Shown piece after piece: positions 22,448-33,680 of a stretch of 40,231 bases of DNA; within the stretch, counting starts at the first letter, position 1, and each line of letters starts with the position of its first letter. A model generated the notes under the pieces. The model ran no database searches and was not told the DNA's origin. It worked only from the letters and a program-made list of their open reading frames with translations. Made by a program: the position numbers and the translations under genes. Where the stretch lies: contig NC_068981.1 in assembly GCF_001194135.2 (NCBI RefSeq), positions 128,320,049 through 128,360,279 on the forward strand, read 5' to 3'. This stretch comes from Octopus bimaculoides (taxonomy: Eukaryota).

Positions 22448-23275
22448 TTTCTTTTATTAGCCACACAGGGCTGCACACAGAGGGGACAAATACAACTGTA
22501 GAGCATTTCTTTAAAAAAAAAATTAAAATAAAAAAAAAATTTNNNNNNNNNNNNNNNNNNNNNNNNNNNNNNNNNNNNNNNNNNNNNNNNNNNNNNNNNN
22601 NNNNNNNNNNNNNNNNNNNNNNNNNNNNNNNNNNNNNNNNNNNNNNNNNNNNNNNNNNNNNNNNNNNNNNNNNNNNNNNNNNNNNNNNNNNNNNNNNNNN
22701 NNNNNNNNNNNNNNNNNNNNNNNNNNNNNNNNNNNNNNNNNNNNNNNNNNNNNNNNNNNNNNNNNNNNNNNNNNNNNNNNNNNNNNNNNNNNNNNNNNNN
22801 NNNNNNNNNNNNNNNNNNNNNNNNNNNNNNNNNNNNNNNNNNNNNNNNNNNNNNNNNNNNNNNNNNNNNNNNNNNNNNNNNNNNNNNNNNNNNNNNNNNN
22901 NNNNNNNNNNNNNNNNNNNNNNNNNNNNNNNNNNNNNNNNNNNNGCTGACAGGCGGACTCGTCCCACACGTGACAGCAGCCGTTTGGCATAAGCCCACAG
23001 GTCGGAAATCTTTGGACACTGCACGAGTGCGTGCAGAACGGTTTCGTCGCTCTGACCGCATCTCGGGCAGGTCGGTCTGGTGTGTCTCGAACCGTGCCTG
23101 TAAAGCTTATCCCGAACGGGTAATGCTTCTCGATAGCACTGCCAGGTCAGGGATCTCTGGTGGTTGTCCATAGGTCCCGGCCCGAAAGTTGTCCTGAACA
23201 GGCGGGTCAGGTGTTCCTCGTCGACGCCCAGATTCTGCCCGAGATCGTCGTCGCACCTCCCCTCCACTAATCCTC
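22448..23275 (-). mobile_element. Tx1/L1-clade non-LTR retrotransposon 3' fragment (zf-RVT) with probable 3' tail across an N-gap
   Basis: SLTWQCYREALPVRDKLYRHGSRHTRPTCPRCGQSDETVLHALVQCP at 22946-23267; tail ...GCCCTGTGTGGCTAATAAAAGAAA at 22448-22495. Linkage across the gap is inferred. Confidence 0.8.
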
Positions 23276-23560
23276 TATAGACATTTGACCTTTAACTCTC
23301 TTTTTACATTTCATTTCCACTAAATATATCTATTTCTACGCTTTTAAGTTTTATTCCCATTCATCTATCGCGCTACATTTCTCCACTCTTGGTTTTCTGA
23401 TAATTTCTTTCTTTCCCCTCCTCTTTCTCTAAATTGTATTTGACGTTAAATCTATTAACGGGTTTTTTTTTTTAAATAACTTACCAGCGTTCCCTCCATC
23501 TTATACGCAGTCATCACAATCGGTTAAAATGGTTTATTGATGTGTTTTGTTTGTTTGCTT

Positions 23561-23651
23561 TTTCCCTGATGAGAAGATCGCATCATTGTTTTACATCATT
23601 TTATTCCCTCTGGGATAATAACAATGTTTTCTTCGAAACATATGTCGAAAG
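23561..23651 (+). ncRNA. Type I hammerhead ribozyme motif, canonical core, long helix II
   Basis: CUGAUGA(23566-72) GAAGA ... UCUUC(23630-34) GAAA CAUAUG UC GAAAG. Helix III is the palindrome ACAUAUGU, triplet GUC; helix I UUU(C)C/GAAA has one bulge. Confidence 0.75.
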
Positions 23652-23878
23652 TATAAACATTTGAATAACACCTGCGTTTAACTCCATTTCTTTATTTATC
23701 TGTTATATAAAAACATTTCACTAAACCCTAGAATTTCTACTATTATAAGTAGGCTGTAACATCCTCAGTACTTATGTGAATTTTTTACTACCTTGGTAAC
23801 TATTTATTTATTTTTTCCGTGTTATTTGTACACATTGAAAAAAATACACATACAATTATATATATACANNNNNNNNNN

Positions 23879-24284
23879 ATTTTCACGTTTTATTTACAAT
23901 CTTATAATAATATAATATATGATAATATAATATAATGAAATGAGAGAATATTAAATGTCCATTCTGATTGAACTAGTACTTTCATGCATTAAAAGTACTA
24001 GTTTTTCAAACTGTATTCTGACCAATCAGTGTGTGATTGATTAGAATATAGTCTATATAACTTTACATTCGGGAGCCTATACAAATGTATTTAAGGCACA
24101 CATTTTAGCCACCTCACTACAGTTTTACATTGTAAAACATAAATGTCACCAGTACTATATGAGCCTGAAGATTGCATAGTTTAATGCATGAAAGTATTAG
24201 TTCAATCAAAATGGATATTTAATATTCTATCATTTCATTATATTATATTATATTATTACAAGATTGTAAATAAAACGTGAAAAT
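23879..24284. mobile_element. Fold-back element with ~110-bp inverted arms
   Basis: 23879-23993 is the reverse complement of 24180-24284 with several substitutions and one AT-tract indel; the left end abuts a 10-N gap. Confidence 0.85.
24161..24203 (+). ncRNA. Type I hammerhead-like motif at the spacer/arm junction of the fold-back
   Basis: GAGC CUGAAGA uUGCAU aguuua AUGCAu GAAA GUAU UA GUUC. Helix I is GAGC/GUUC; the left-arm copy gives the perfect helix III palindrome AGUACU. Confidence 0.6.
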
Positions 24285-24344
24285 CAAAGTTGGAATTTCT
24301 TTGAGTAATATATTCTTTTATACACAATCATACACACCCGTGTG

Positions 24345-24380
<36 letters not shown>

Positions 24381-24460
24381 CAGACGGATAAACAGGCACA
24401 TATTTAGATCAGATCAAATAGGTTTGAGACAAATTTGACCTTACAAAGGCTATCTTAAGA

Positions 24461-24598
24461 TAAGTCGATTACATCGACCCCACTCCTCAGATGGTACTTA
24501 TTTTATCGACCTCGAAAAGATGAAAGGCAAAGTTGACTTCGGAGGAATTTGAACTCAGAATGTAAAGACATGAAATGCAGCGAAACATTTTGCCCGGC
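24461..24598 (-). mobile_element. SINE family A (head in N-gap)
   Basis: TAAGTCGATTACATCGACCCC...GGAATTTGAACTCAGAATGTAAAG. Confidence 0.88.
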
Positions 24599-27357
24599 NN
24601 NNNNNNNNNNNNNNNNNNNNNNNNNNNNNNNNNNNNNNNNNNNNNNNNNNNNNNNNNNNNNNNNNNNNNNNNNNNNNNNNNNNNNNNNNNNNNNNNNNNN
24701 NNNNNNNNNNNNNNNNNNNNNNNNNNNNNNNNNNNNNNNNNNNNNNNNNNNNNNNNNNNNNNNNNNNNNNNNNNNNNNNNNNNNNNNNNNNNNNNNNNNN
24801 NNNNNNNNNNNNNNNNNNNNNNNNNNNNNNNNNNNNNNNNNNNNNNNNNNNNNNNNNNNNNNNNNNNNNNNNNNNNNNNNNNNNNNNNNNNNNNNNNNNN
24901 NNNNNNNNNNNNNNNNNNNNNNNNNNNNNNNNNNNNNNNNNNNNNNNNNNNNNNNNNNNNNNNNNNNNNNNNNNNNNNNNNNNNNNNNNNNNNNNNNNNN
25001 NNNNNNNNNNNNNNNNNNNNNNNNNNNNNNNNNNNNNNNNNNNNNNNNNNNNNNNNNNNNNNNNNNNNNNNNNNNNNNNNNNNNNNNNNNNNNNNNNNNN
25101 NNNNNNNNNNNNNNNNNNNNNNNNNNNNNNNNNNNNNNNNNNNNNNNNNNNNNNNNNNNNNNNNNNNNNNNNNNNNNNNNNNNNNNNNNNNNNNNNNNNN
25201 NNNNNNNNNNNNNNNNNNNNNNNNNNNNNNNNNNNNNNNNNNNNNNNNNNNNNNNNNNNNNNNNNNNNNNNNNNNNNNNNNNNNNNNNNNNNNNNNNNNN
25301 NNNNNNNNNNNNNNNNNNNNNNNNGAATGCAGGCTAGGCTGGGTGGAGGAGTTTGTCTCCCCCTCGCAGAGATAAGGACACAGGAAATGTGTCAAGGCCG
25401 ACAGGAAGCGGTCCAGCTTCCTAGGGCTAAATAGCAGTAGTATATTCCCTTATTGAGACTGTCACGTTAAGTTGGCAGTATACAAATATTATTTTAATTT
25501 TTCGACAAATACAGGAACGACGCCTTATATGTTTTAATGCTATTATGACCTCATCAGTGAAGAATTACTCTACTTCTAAGCCTTGACGATGAGGTTCTTA
25601 TTATATGGAAACATGTGTGGAGTTGTCTCCCGTACTTGCCGAAATGATTTTAAAAATATCAGTCAATGACTAATGTTTTTCTTTCAAGACAACTATCTCT
25701 AGTTAGCTTTTAAATGCTTCTTGCATTAAATATTTTAACTCTAATTTAACAAAGACCATTAAATATAACTACACACACCGCCCTACATACATACATACAT
25801 ACATACATACATACATACATACATACATACATACATACATACATACATGCATAACATCGAGTTCTGAATTTATCTAGAATGCATTTCATAAAATATATTT
25901 TCTTATTTTTTTCAATACCATATATATTCATAGATAAAAACATATCTTTTAGTTCTAAATATATACATTTCCTTTACTTTTCCATGCTGTATTCTAATTT
26001 ATTATTCCTGTTCCACGCAGCATATCTAGTTGGTATGAAGCAACGTCTTCCATCTCAGTTCTCGCCGACAGTAGCACAATAAGACATATTGTATAAGGAT
26101 TGCTGATTAATAAGAATCAGGTTGGTCTAAAAGCCGTTTCAAGTTTCAGAAATAATGCTGAGAAAGCATTTTCTGAAATCTCCGAAAATTTACAATGGAT
26201 TTTTTGTAACTAGATCTTCGGCGTGGGCGCTAACCACGTTGTGGAGTTTTCTCATTAAACAAAATGGGTCCTTCTGTTTGTATGGCAGTAGGGTAAGAAT
26301 TGAGGGTTAACTCAAATCCCATCCTACTGCCTTGGAAACAAAAAGACGCAGTGGATAATGTAGTAATACATTTATTAAAGGCGATTGGATTTGGGGTCGG
26401 CTACACAAATACAACATTACAGACAACCATTAGAGATATTTCTTAGGTTACAGACAACACAGTAACGTTCTCCTCCGTCGTATATGTAGATAATATCTTT
26501 ATCAACGGCTGTGTGTTAACGGTGGTGTTGTAAGGATGTGCTCCCTTGCCGCAATGATAATACTCTTTCTTGGTAGTGTTAGAACTAGAACACGGTTATC
26601 TCACACGATGTTAAGTATTCATCCACAGAAACTCAACATTTTAGAATATATCAGATATTTTCTTCTTATCAAAATAAATGTAATCCTTACAACTTCTTTT
26701 TTATTATCATCACTCTCAATAATAAGTAAAATAAATCTCAACACAATATAGCTATTATTTCCTCCAACCAACTTTCATTTTACTAACACTTATAAAAACG
26801 AAGAGTTGTGTATGTCTCCTATATCTCCTAAAAACTCTAAACACTGCATACTTTTAAAGCAGTTTGTTTGGCAAGGTAGAACAGATTTATTGCTTCTATA
26901 AAGAACCCTTTGTCTTCTGATGCTGTGATAGCATGGTGCTAATAAATGTGTGAACATACACAAATAACTTACAAAAATGTCAAGATGCATATTTACAGCG
27001 ACGACAAGGGGATAAATTCTTTAGACTTCAATACTTAATTTATCTCAAGGGAAATGAATGACAGACGGGGCACCCGACAAAATACCTCGCGGTATTAATT
27101 ACTTCGTGCTTTAGTTTGAAACTAGACCAATTATGTCATCCCTCTTTGAAAGGTTGATAAAATTAAGAACCATTAGTATTTAGGTATTGACTAAATCTAC
27201 TAAACACTCTCTCATAACATATGGTCAGTGTTAGAAATAAGATTTTACTTAACTCATATACTATCGAGCGCCTTGACTAAATCTGACGTAATTTTTATAC
27301 GTCAAGCCATGCAAAAGAATTCAATCAAGGCAAATAAACCACAAATATTTTCAGCAG

Positions 27358-27420
<63 letters not shown>

Positions 27421-27648
27421 CCTCTCTCTCTCTCTCTCTTTCTCTCCCACCTTTTTTATCAATCTATCTCTATCTTTCTATGTCTATTTCTCTCTCCCTC
27501 TCTCTCGTTACACACACACACACGTTTAAGATATATTTAAGAGGGATCTCCTCAATGAGTAGAGCAAGGGATGATCACGGCTCACGAGAGCAGTACCAGC
27601 ATCACACCATTCCACACACATTTGCACCACTACAACAACCACCAATTA

Positions 27649-27783
27649 CGAGAGTGTACTGAAAAGTTCCTCCCTTTAAGGGTATCGTGAAAGGCCTGTC
27701 TGGAGATCCAACCTTCCGCGCTCTTTCACAGGGCTTAGAAAACTGAAGGACCGCTGCAAAGTGTGTGAATTTGAAAGAATATT
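27649..27783. mobile_element. Mariner-type MITE, partial, cut by a SINE
   Basis: TA|CGAGAGTGTACTGAAAAGTTCC end resembles the TIR of 38720-38866. Confidence 0.7.
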
Positions 27784-27929
27784 AAGGCGGCGAACTGGCA
27801 GAATTGTTAGCACACCGGGCGGAATGTTTAGCGGCAATTCGTCTGTCTTCGTGCTCTGAGTTCAGATTCCGCCGAAGTCGACTTTGCCTTTCATGCTTTC
27901 GGGGTCGATAAAATAAGGACCCGTTGAAT
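27784..27929 (+). mobile_element. SINE family A (tail in N-gap)
   Basis: AAGGCGGCGAACTGGCAGAATTGTTAGCAC...TTTCGGGGTCGATAAAATAAG. Confidence 0.92.
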
Positions 27930-29291
27930 NNNNNNNNNNNNNNNNNNNNNNNNNNNNNNNNNNNNNNNNNNNNNNNNNNNNNNNNNNNNNNNNNNNNNNN
28001 NNNNNNNNNNNNNNNNNNNNNNNNNNNNNNNNNNNNNNNNNNNNNNNNNNNNNNNNNNNNNNNNNNNNNNNNNNNNNNNNNNNNNNNNNNNNNNNNNNNN
28101 NNNNNNNNNNNNNNNNNNNNNNNNNNNNNNNNNNNNNNNNNNNNNNNNNNNNNNNNNNNNNNNNNNNNNNNNNNNNNNNNNNNNNNNNNNNNNNNNNNNN
28201 NNNNNNNNNNNNNNNNNNNNNNNNNNNNNNNNNNNNNNNNNNNNNNNNNNNNNNNNNNNNNNNNNNNNNNNNNNNNNNNNNNNNNNNNNNNNNNNNNNNN
28301 NNNNNNNNNNNNNNNNNNNNNNNNNNNNNNNNNNNNNNNNNNNNNNNNNNNNNNNNNNNNNNNNNNNNNNNNNNNNNNNNNNNNNNNNNNNNNNNNNNNN
28401 NNNNNNNNNNNNNNNNNNNNNNNNNNNNNNNNNNNNNNNNNNNNNNNNNNNNNNNNNNNNNNNNNNNNNNNNNNNNNNNNNNNNNNNNNNNNNNNNNNNN
28501 NNNNNNNNNNNNNNNNNNNNNNNNNNNNNNNNNNNNNNNNNNNNNNNNNNNNNNNNNNNNNNNNNNNNNNNNNNNNNNNNNNNNNNNNNNNNNNNNNNNN
28601 NNNNNNNNNNNNNNNNNNNNNNNNNNNNNNNNNNNNNNNNNNNNNNNNNNNNNNNNNNNNNNNNNNNNNNNNNNNNNNNNNNNNNNNNNNNNNNNNNNNN
28701 NNNNNNNNNNNNNNNNNNNNNNNNNNNNNNNNNNNNNNNNNNNNNNNNNNNNNNNNNNNNNNNNNNNNNNNNNNNNNNNTATATGGGTACAGGACGTCAC
28801 CAACTGTAAACAACATGAAGTACGAAAACAAATGAGTTAAATATGATGCAACCAACGAGAAAAAATGGAAAACAGGACAAGTAACTCAAAGAACAACTCT
28901 TCATCAGTTGACAGCTATCTACTTCTCATTTTGAGCATTCAACGACAACATGAGTCTTCGAAGACAATTGTTCCCATAACTTACAAAATAAAATTTTGGA
29001 TTTTATGGAGGGTCAAAGTTGGAAACAAAAACAGGACAGTGGAGACATACAAGGAAACCGAACGAAAACAAATATGGAGGGTCGTTAGACGAGAACGAGA
29101 GGAAAATAGTGAACGCTGAGAGAAGTATTATCTTTGAAAAGAGAAAGGATAGAAGACGTCCAGTCCTTAGAACGTCCGTTCAGGAAAACAAAGATGGTCA
29201 CGTGAAGAAAAGAAAGATGGACGATGGTCATGTGTGAGAAATAAGAGAGATAAAAAGAGAAAGAGAGGAGACAGTGAGAGAAAGACAGGTT

Positions 29292-29325
<34 letters not shown>

Positions 29326-29744
29326 ATAAACTATATAAACCTAATGTTTGCGTAATGCATGAAAGTACTAGTTTTATCACAATAAATATATAATATTCTG
29401 TTGTTATAATGTAAAATTGTAAAAATTGCAAATAATAAAATGTGAAAATTGGACTAGGTTATGCACAATCATACAAACAGCTAGACTCGACATGAAATAT
29501 AGCAGTAACACTCTAACCCAAGAACCCTATATCACGCTAAAGGGTAATCTAACTTTAACAGTTATCCTTCTACCAGGCTTATCAACTCTTAAGATCTGAC
29601 CTTGGCATCATTAGCAAAATTGTTTTTTTTTACTCAATCATTCCCAAAATGCGGATCACATCCTTGACTCTCTGTAACAATAGTAGCAAGCATATCAATT
29701 GATTCAATTCTTCCCATGTTAAAATGGATCTCACTTCCTATTAG

Positions 29745-29960
29745 ATATTGCTTTCAAATGTTGGCATAAGGTCAGCATATTCGGGTGAAGGGGTAAGTCG
29801 ATTACATCGACCCCAGTACTCCACTAGTACTTATTTTATAGATCCTAAAAGGATGAAAGGCAAAGTTGAATTCGGCGGAATTTGAACCCAGAAAGTAAAG
29901 ACGGACGAAATGCCGCTAAGCATTTTGCCCGATGTACGTACAATTCTGCCTGCTCGCTCC
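29745..29960 (-). mobile_element. SINE family A, first of a same-orientation pair
   Basis: Full core plus TTTCAAATGTTGGCATAAGG tail. Confidence 0.9.
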
Positions 29961-29974
29961 CTTTTTTCCAACTA

Positions 29975-30185
29975 GATATTGGCTTCAAATTTTGGCACAA
30001 AGCCAGCAAGTTCGGGTGAGGGAGTAAGTCGATTTCATCGACCCCAGTGCTCAACTGGTACTTATTTTATCGATCTCGAAAGGCTGAAAGACAAAGTCGA
30101 CCTCGTCTGAATTTGATCTCAGAACGTAAAGACGGACGAAATTCCATTAAACATTTTCCCCGATGTGGTTACGATTCTGCCAGCT
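29975..30185 (-). mobile_element. SINE family A, second of a same-orientation pair
   Basis: Full core plus CTTCAAATTTTGGCACAAAGCC tail. Confidence 0.9.
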
Positions 30186-30619
30186 AATTATATATTAACG
30201 ACTATTACCGATTCATCACCAAATCAATTTTATAATTATTCTCAGATTTTCTAAACCAGTCTTTCTTTCAAACCTATCAACATGGATATCACACGAAACT
30301 AGAAAATCAATTTCCTTTTTTACAGCAATGTTACATTGAAAACAAAAGAAAAAATAACATTGAGCCTTTCGGTGCTGACCAATGGACGAAGTGCTCAGCC
30401 GAAATTTCTGACTTTGTCAGTCTATATAGTCTGCACTCCTACGAGAAAGTCCTCTTTGTATCTAGCGGTTTAGATAAGACAACATATTATTTATACTTAC
30501 AAACTTCAATCCACAAGCCAACTATCACTTCCAATAGAAACTACAGAAATTTTCAGAAATTTTCACGCTACCCTTTCAAAATAGTAAATTCATTTTAAGA
30601 TAATAAGCTTCTTAGATGT

Positions 30620-31320
30620 CCCTCTACAATTAGACAGCTCTCTGTATGCTCCTTACAAACAAAAAAGGCAATGAAAAGCTGCGATACATCCATCGATTTT
30701 CCAGCCACCTACCCACCAAAGAAACTCGTAAACATTTTAGTTTAAGATAGGCAGAGTCCTCTTTTTCTCCAACATTAAATAAAGATGACTTTGTAAGCAA
30801 TACCTCCATAGAGAAAGTTTCCACCTTTGCTACGGGCTTTGCATCCAACTCCACACTACATACCCAACCCTCTGCAAATCTCCCCACTCCTCGGGCCATT
30901 CCAATCTACCAAACTTCCCGCCACTCATACACATGTCGAAGGTGGAAATACCCTCAGGTGTTTCAAACAAACAGGCCACCGGCCCTGATAGTATCGCTTT
31001 CATTGCACTCAAGCGTTGCGCCCCAGAACTTCTTCTTATACTCACCAAACTCTTTAATCTCTCACTCTTTATGGAGATATAACTTGACCTGAAAGTACAC
31101 TCCAGTGTGTTCCATTCCAAAGAAAAGTTACCTCTCAGATCCAGCCATCTATCATCCTTTTGCTCTCTCGTCTAACGTCTCTAAGTTAATAGAGACAGCC
31201 AATTTGACGTTCTCCTATTCTCCAACAGCTCGAACCTTTCTCTTTTCTATGAACCAAATCTACTGGTCCCCTCTTTTACGTCACACATCAATGGGTTCTC
31301 GTTTTAGTGAAGCTTGATGA
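30620..31320 (+). mobile_element. Decayed CR1/L2/Jockey-group LINE, N-terminal RT region
   Basis: KQATGPDSIAFIALKRCAPELLLILTKLFNLSL and IPKKSYLSDPAIYHPFALSSNVSKLIET match the GPD.I...LK and PK.....NYRPI.L.S..SK motifs of LINE RTs. Confidence 0.8.
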
Positions 31321-31371
31321 AAACATTGTTGTTCTAGACACGAGCAAACTTTCGACCGTACCTGGCCTTTA

Positions 31372-31756
31372 GTCGAACAAATCGACCCCAGGACTTATTC
31401 CTTGTAAGCCTAGTACTTATTCTATCGGCCTCTTTTGCCGAACCGCTAAGTTACGCGGGCGTAAACATACCAACATCGGTTGTCAAGCGATGGTCGTGGG
31501 ACAAACAGAAACACACACACATACATATATATATATATATTTGTGTGTGTGTGTCTGTGTCTGTGTGAGTGTGTGTGTGTGTGTGTGTGTGTATACAACA
31601 GGCTTCTTTTAGTTTCCGTCTACCAAATCCACTCACAAGGCTTTGGTCGGCCCGAGGTTATAGTAGAAGACACTTACCTAAGGTGCCACGCAGAGGGACT
31701 GAACCCGAAACCATGTTTGGAAGCAAGTTTCTTACCAGACAGCCACGTCTGCGCCT
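31372..31756 (-). mobile_element. SINE family B, near full length with internal microsatellite
   Basis: Head ...CTTACCAGACAGCCACGTCTGCGCCT; body GCCGAACCGCTAAGTTACG; internal CA/TA/TG tract. Confidence 0.92.
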
Positions 31757-31767
31757 ATATATATATA

Positions 31768-32657
31768 CTAGCTGACGTACCCGGTAATTCCCGGGAAAGC
31801 GGAGCTTATCCCTTGGTTTCGTTCTCATAATTGTTTCGCTAATCTAATAACAACAATACAAAGTGTGTAGCCCTTGAATCGGTTTTCGTGCATTTACAGA
31901 GAATACCGAACTAACACAGGATCTTACTTTTAGGAATTCCCAATAAGTTATGAATACCCAAATTGTGAAGTCAGTTATGTAATAACATGAAATTAGTTAC
32001 CCAGTAGTAAGAATTCAAATAAAGTAGCCCCGAAAAGGGATTTAATGCGTTCCCAGAATATATAGAACATAAGAGGAAATACTAATAATGTATGTATACT
32101 AAAATCGTGAAGCATGTTACGTAATAACAAGCTAATCAGATATGAAATGATAACAATTCAAAGTAAATAACTCTGGAAAGGGCTTTTGTGCATTCCCAGA
32201 GAATATTACCCTCAGGGGCGCTAGTGTTGGTATATTCGTGAATAAGTCACTAACCGAAATATGTGGATCTATTGTTTAGAAAAATACTATTTACTTGTTT
32301 AAGGGGTTGTACTGGATAAATTGCGAAAATAACTCTGACAGTTCAAATACTAAGAAATATGCATACTCAATTTCAGTTTTACGAAATAATTTAGGAAAAT
32401 GAATGGGTAATTTCCCTTGGCTGTATATAAGGATCCCTTCCAGGGGTGAATGGATTATTTCCCTTGGTTTTTAAAATAAAACATATTAGATATATACAAG
32501 GATCCATTCCAGGGGCCTGAGTATGCCATAAGGTTTCCAGATATGAGTTCTACTCACGTGTCAAGGTTAATCAAAATCGATAAAACGATGTAGGAGGAGT
32601 TAGCTGACAACTACACAAACACACTCACAGACAGAATTTCCCACATACGTAGATAGA
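31768..32657 (-). mobile_element. Non-autonomous Helitron-like element
   Basis: Minus-strand 3' end CCCGGGAATTACCGGGTACGTCAGCTAG|T (hairpin plus CTAG); 5' end TCTATCT...CTGTCTGT...AACTCCTCC...ATCGATTTTGAT; internal degenerate direct repeats. Confidence 0.8.
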
Positions 32658-32845
32658 TAGAGAGAGAGGGAAGGAGAAAGAAACACAGAGAGACACACTG
32701 ACAGACAGACAGAGATGTATGTATGGGTATATACATATGGGTATATACATACATACAGACTGACATCTGCAATACTTCCTTTCATATAAGATTACAACAA
32801 ATTTTGAGTGTATGTATCTGTATTTCTGTGTGTGCATATGTGTGT

Positions 32846-32884
<39 letters not shown>

Positions 32885-33019
32885 TGTGTATGTGCGCACT
32901 CGCAGATATTCCTGCATATATCCATAAAAATATGCAAACTTGAAAAGCTTAGAATTTTTTGAAACATTTGTTTTAATCAGGTTTTTAATACAACATTGAA
33001 AGTGGGGCTGGTTTACGCT

Positions 33020-33023
33020 TATA

Positions 33024-33081
<58 letters not shown>

Positions 33082-33221
33082 CTATCTCTCTCTCGCTCGC
33101 TCTCGCTCTCGCTCTCGCTCTCTCCCTCTCCCTCTCTNNNNNNNNNNNNNNNNNNNNNNNNNNNNNNNNNNNNNNNNNNNNNNNNNNNNNNNNNNNNNNN
33201 NNNNNNNNNNNNNNNNNNNNN

Positions 33222-33275
<54 letters not shown>

Positions 33276-33558
33276 GTGTATATATGTTTATATATGTATA
33301 TATCTGTATGTATATATATATATATATATATACACACACTTGCATATATATATATAAGCATATAAATGTGTGTATGTATACTTGTATGTATATATGAATA
33401 TATATGAACTTACACAAATTCAAGGCATCGTATGAACACGGAATAAAACACCTTTACGTTAGCGAACTAAACATACACACTCACATTCGCACACATACAT
33501 ACACACACACACACCCGCATACACTCACACAAACATGCCATGACGTGTATGCGTGGTC

Positions 33559-33608
<50 letters not shown>

Positions 33609-33680
33609 CAGACAGAGACAGAGAGAGACAGAGACAGAGACAGAAAGACAGAAAGAGAGAGAAAGAAGAGAGAGAGAGTA
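33020..33680. repeat. Compound microsatellite cluster (CT, CTAT, CTCG, TA, CA, GA, GACA) with an N-gap
   Basis: Direct reading. Confidence 0.95.

Noticed and set aside
25525-25625. Two hammerhead-like half motifs (CTCATCAG; TTGACGATGAGG...GAAACATGT)
   Set aside because: Helix II and the cleavage triplet cannot be built; possibly fossil, but unsupported.
28780-29230. Possible decayed LINE coding sequence
   Set aside because: No diagnostic motif could be read in any frame.
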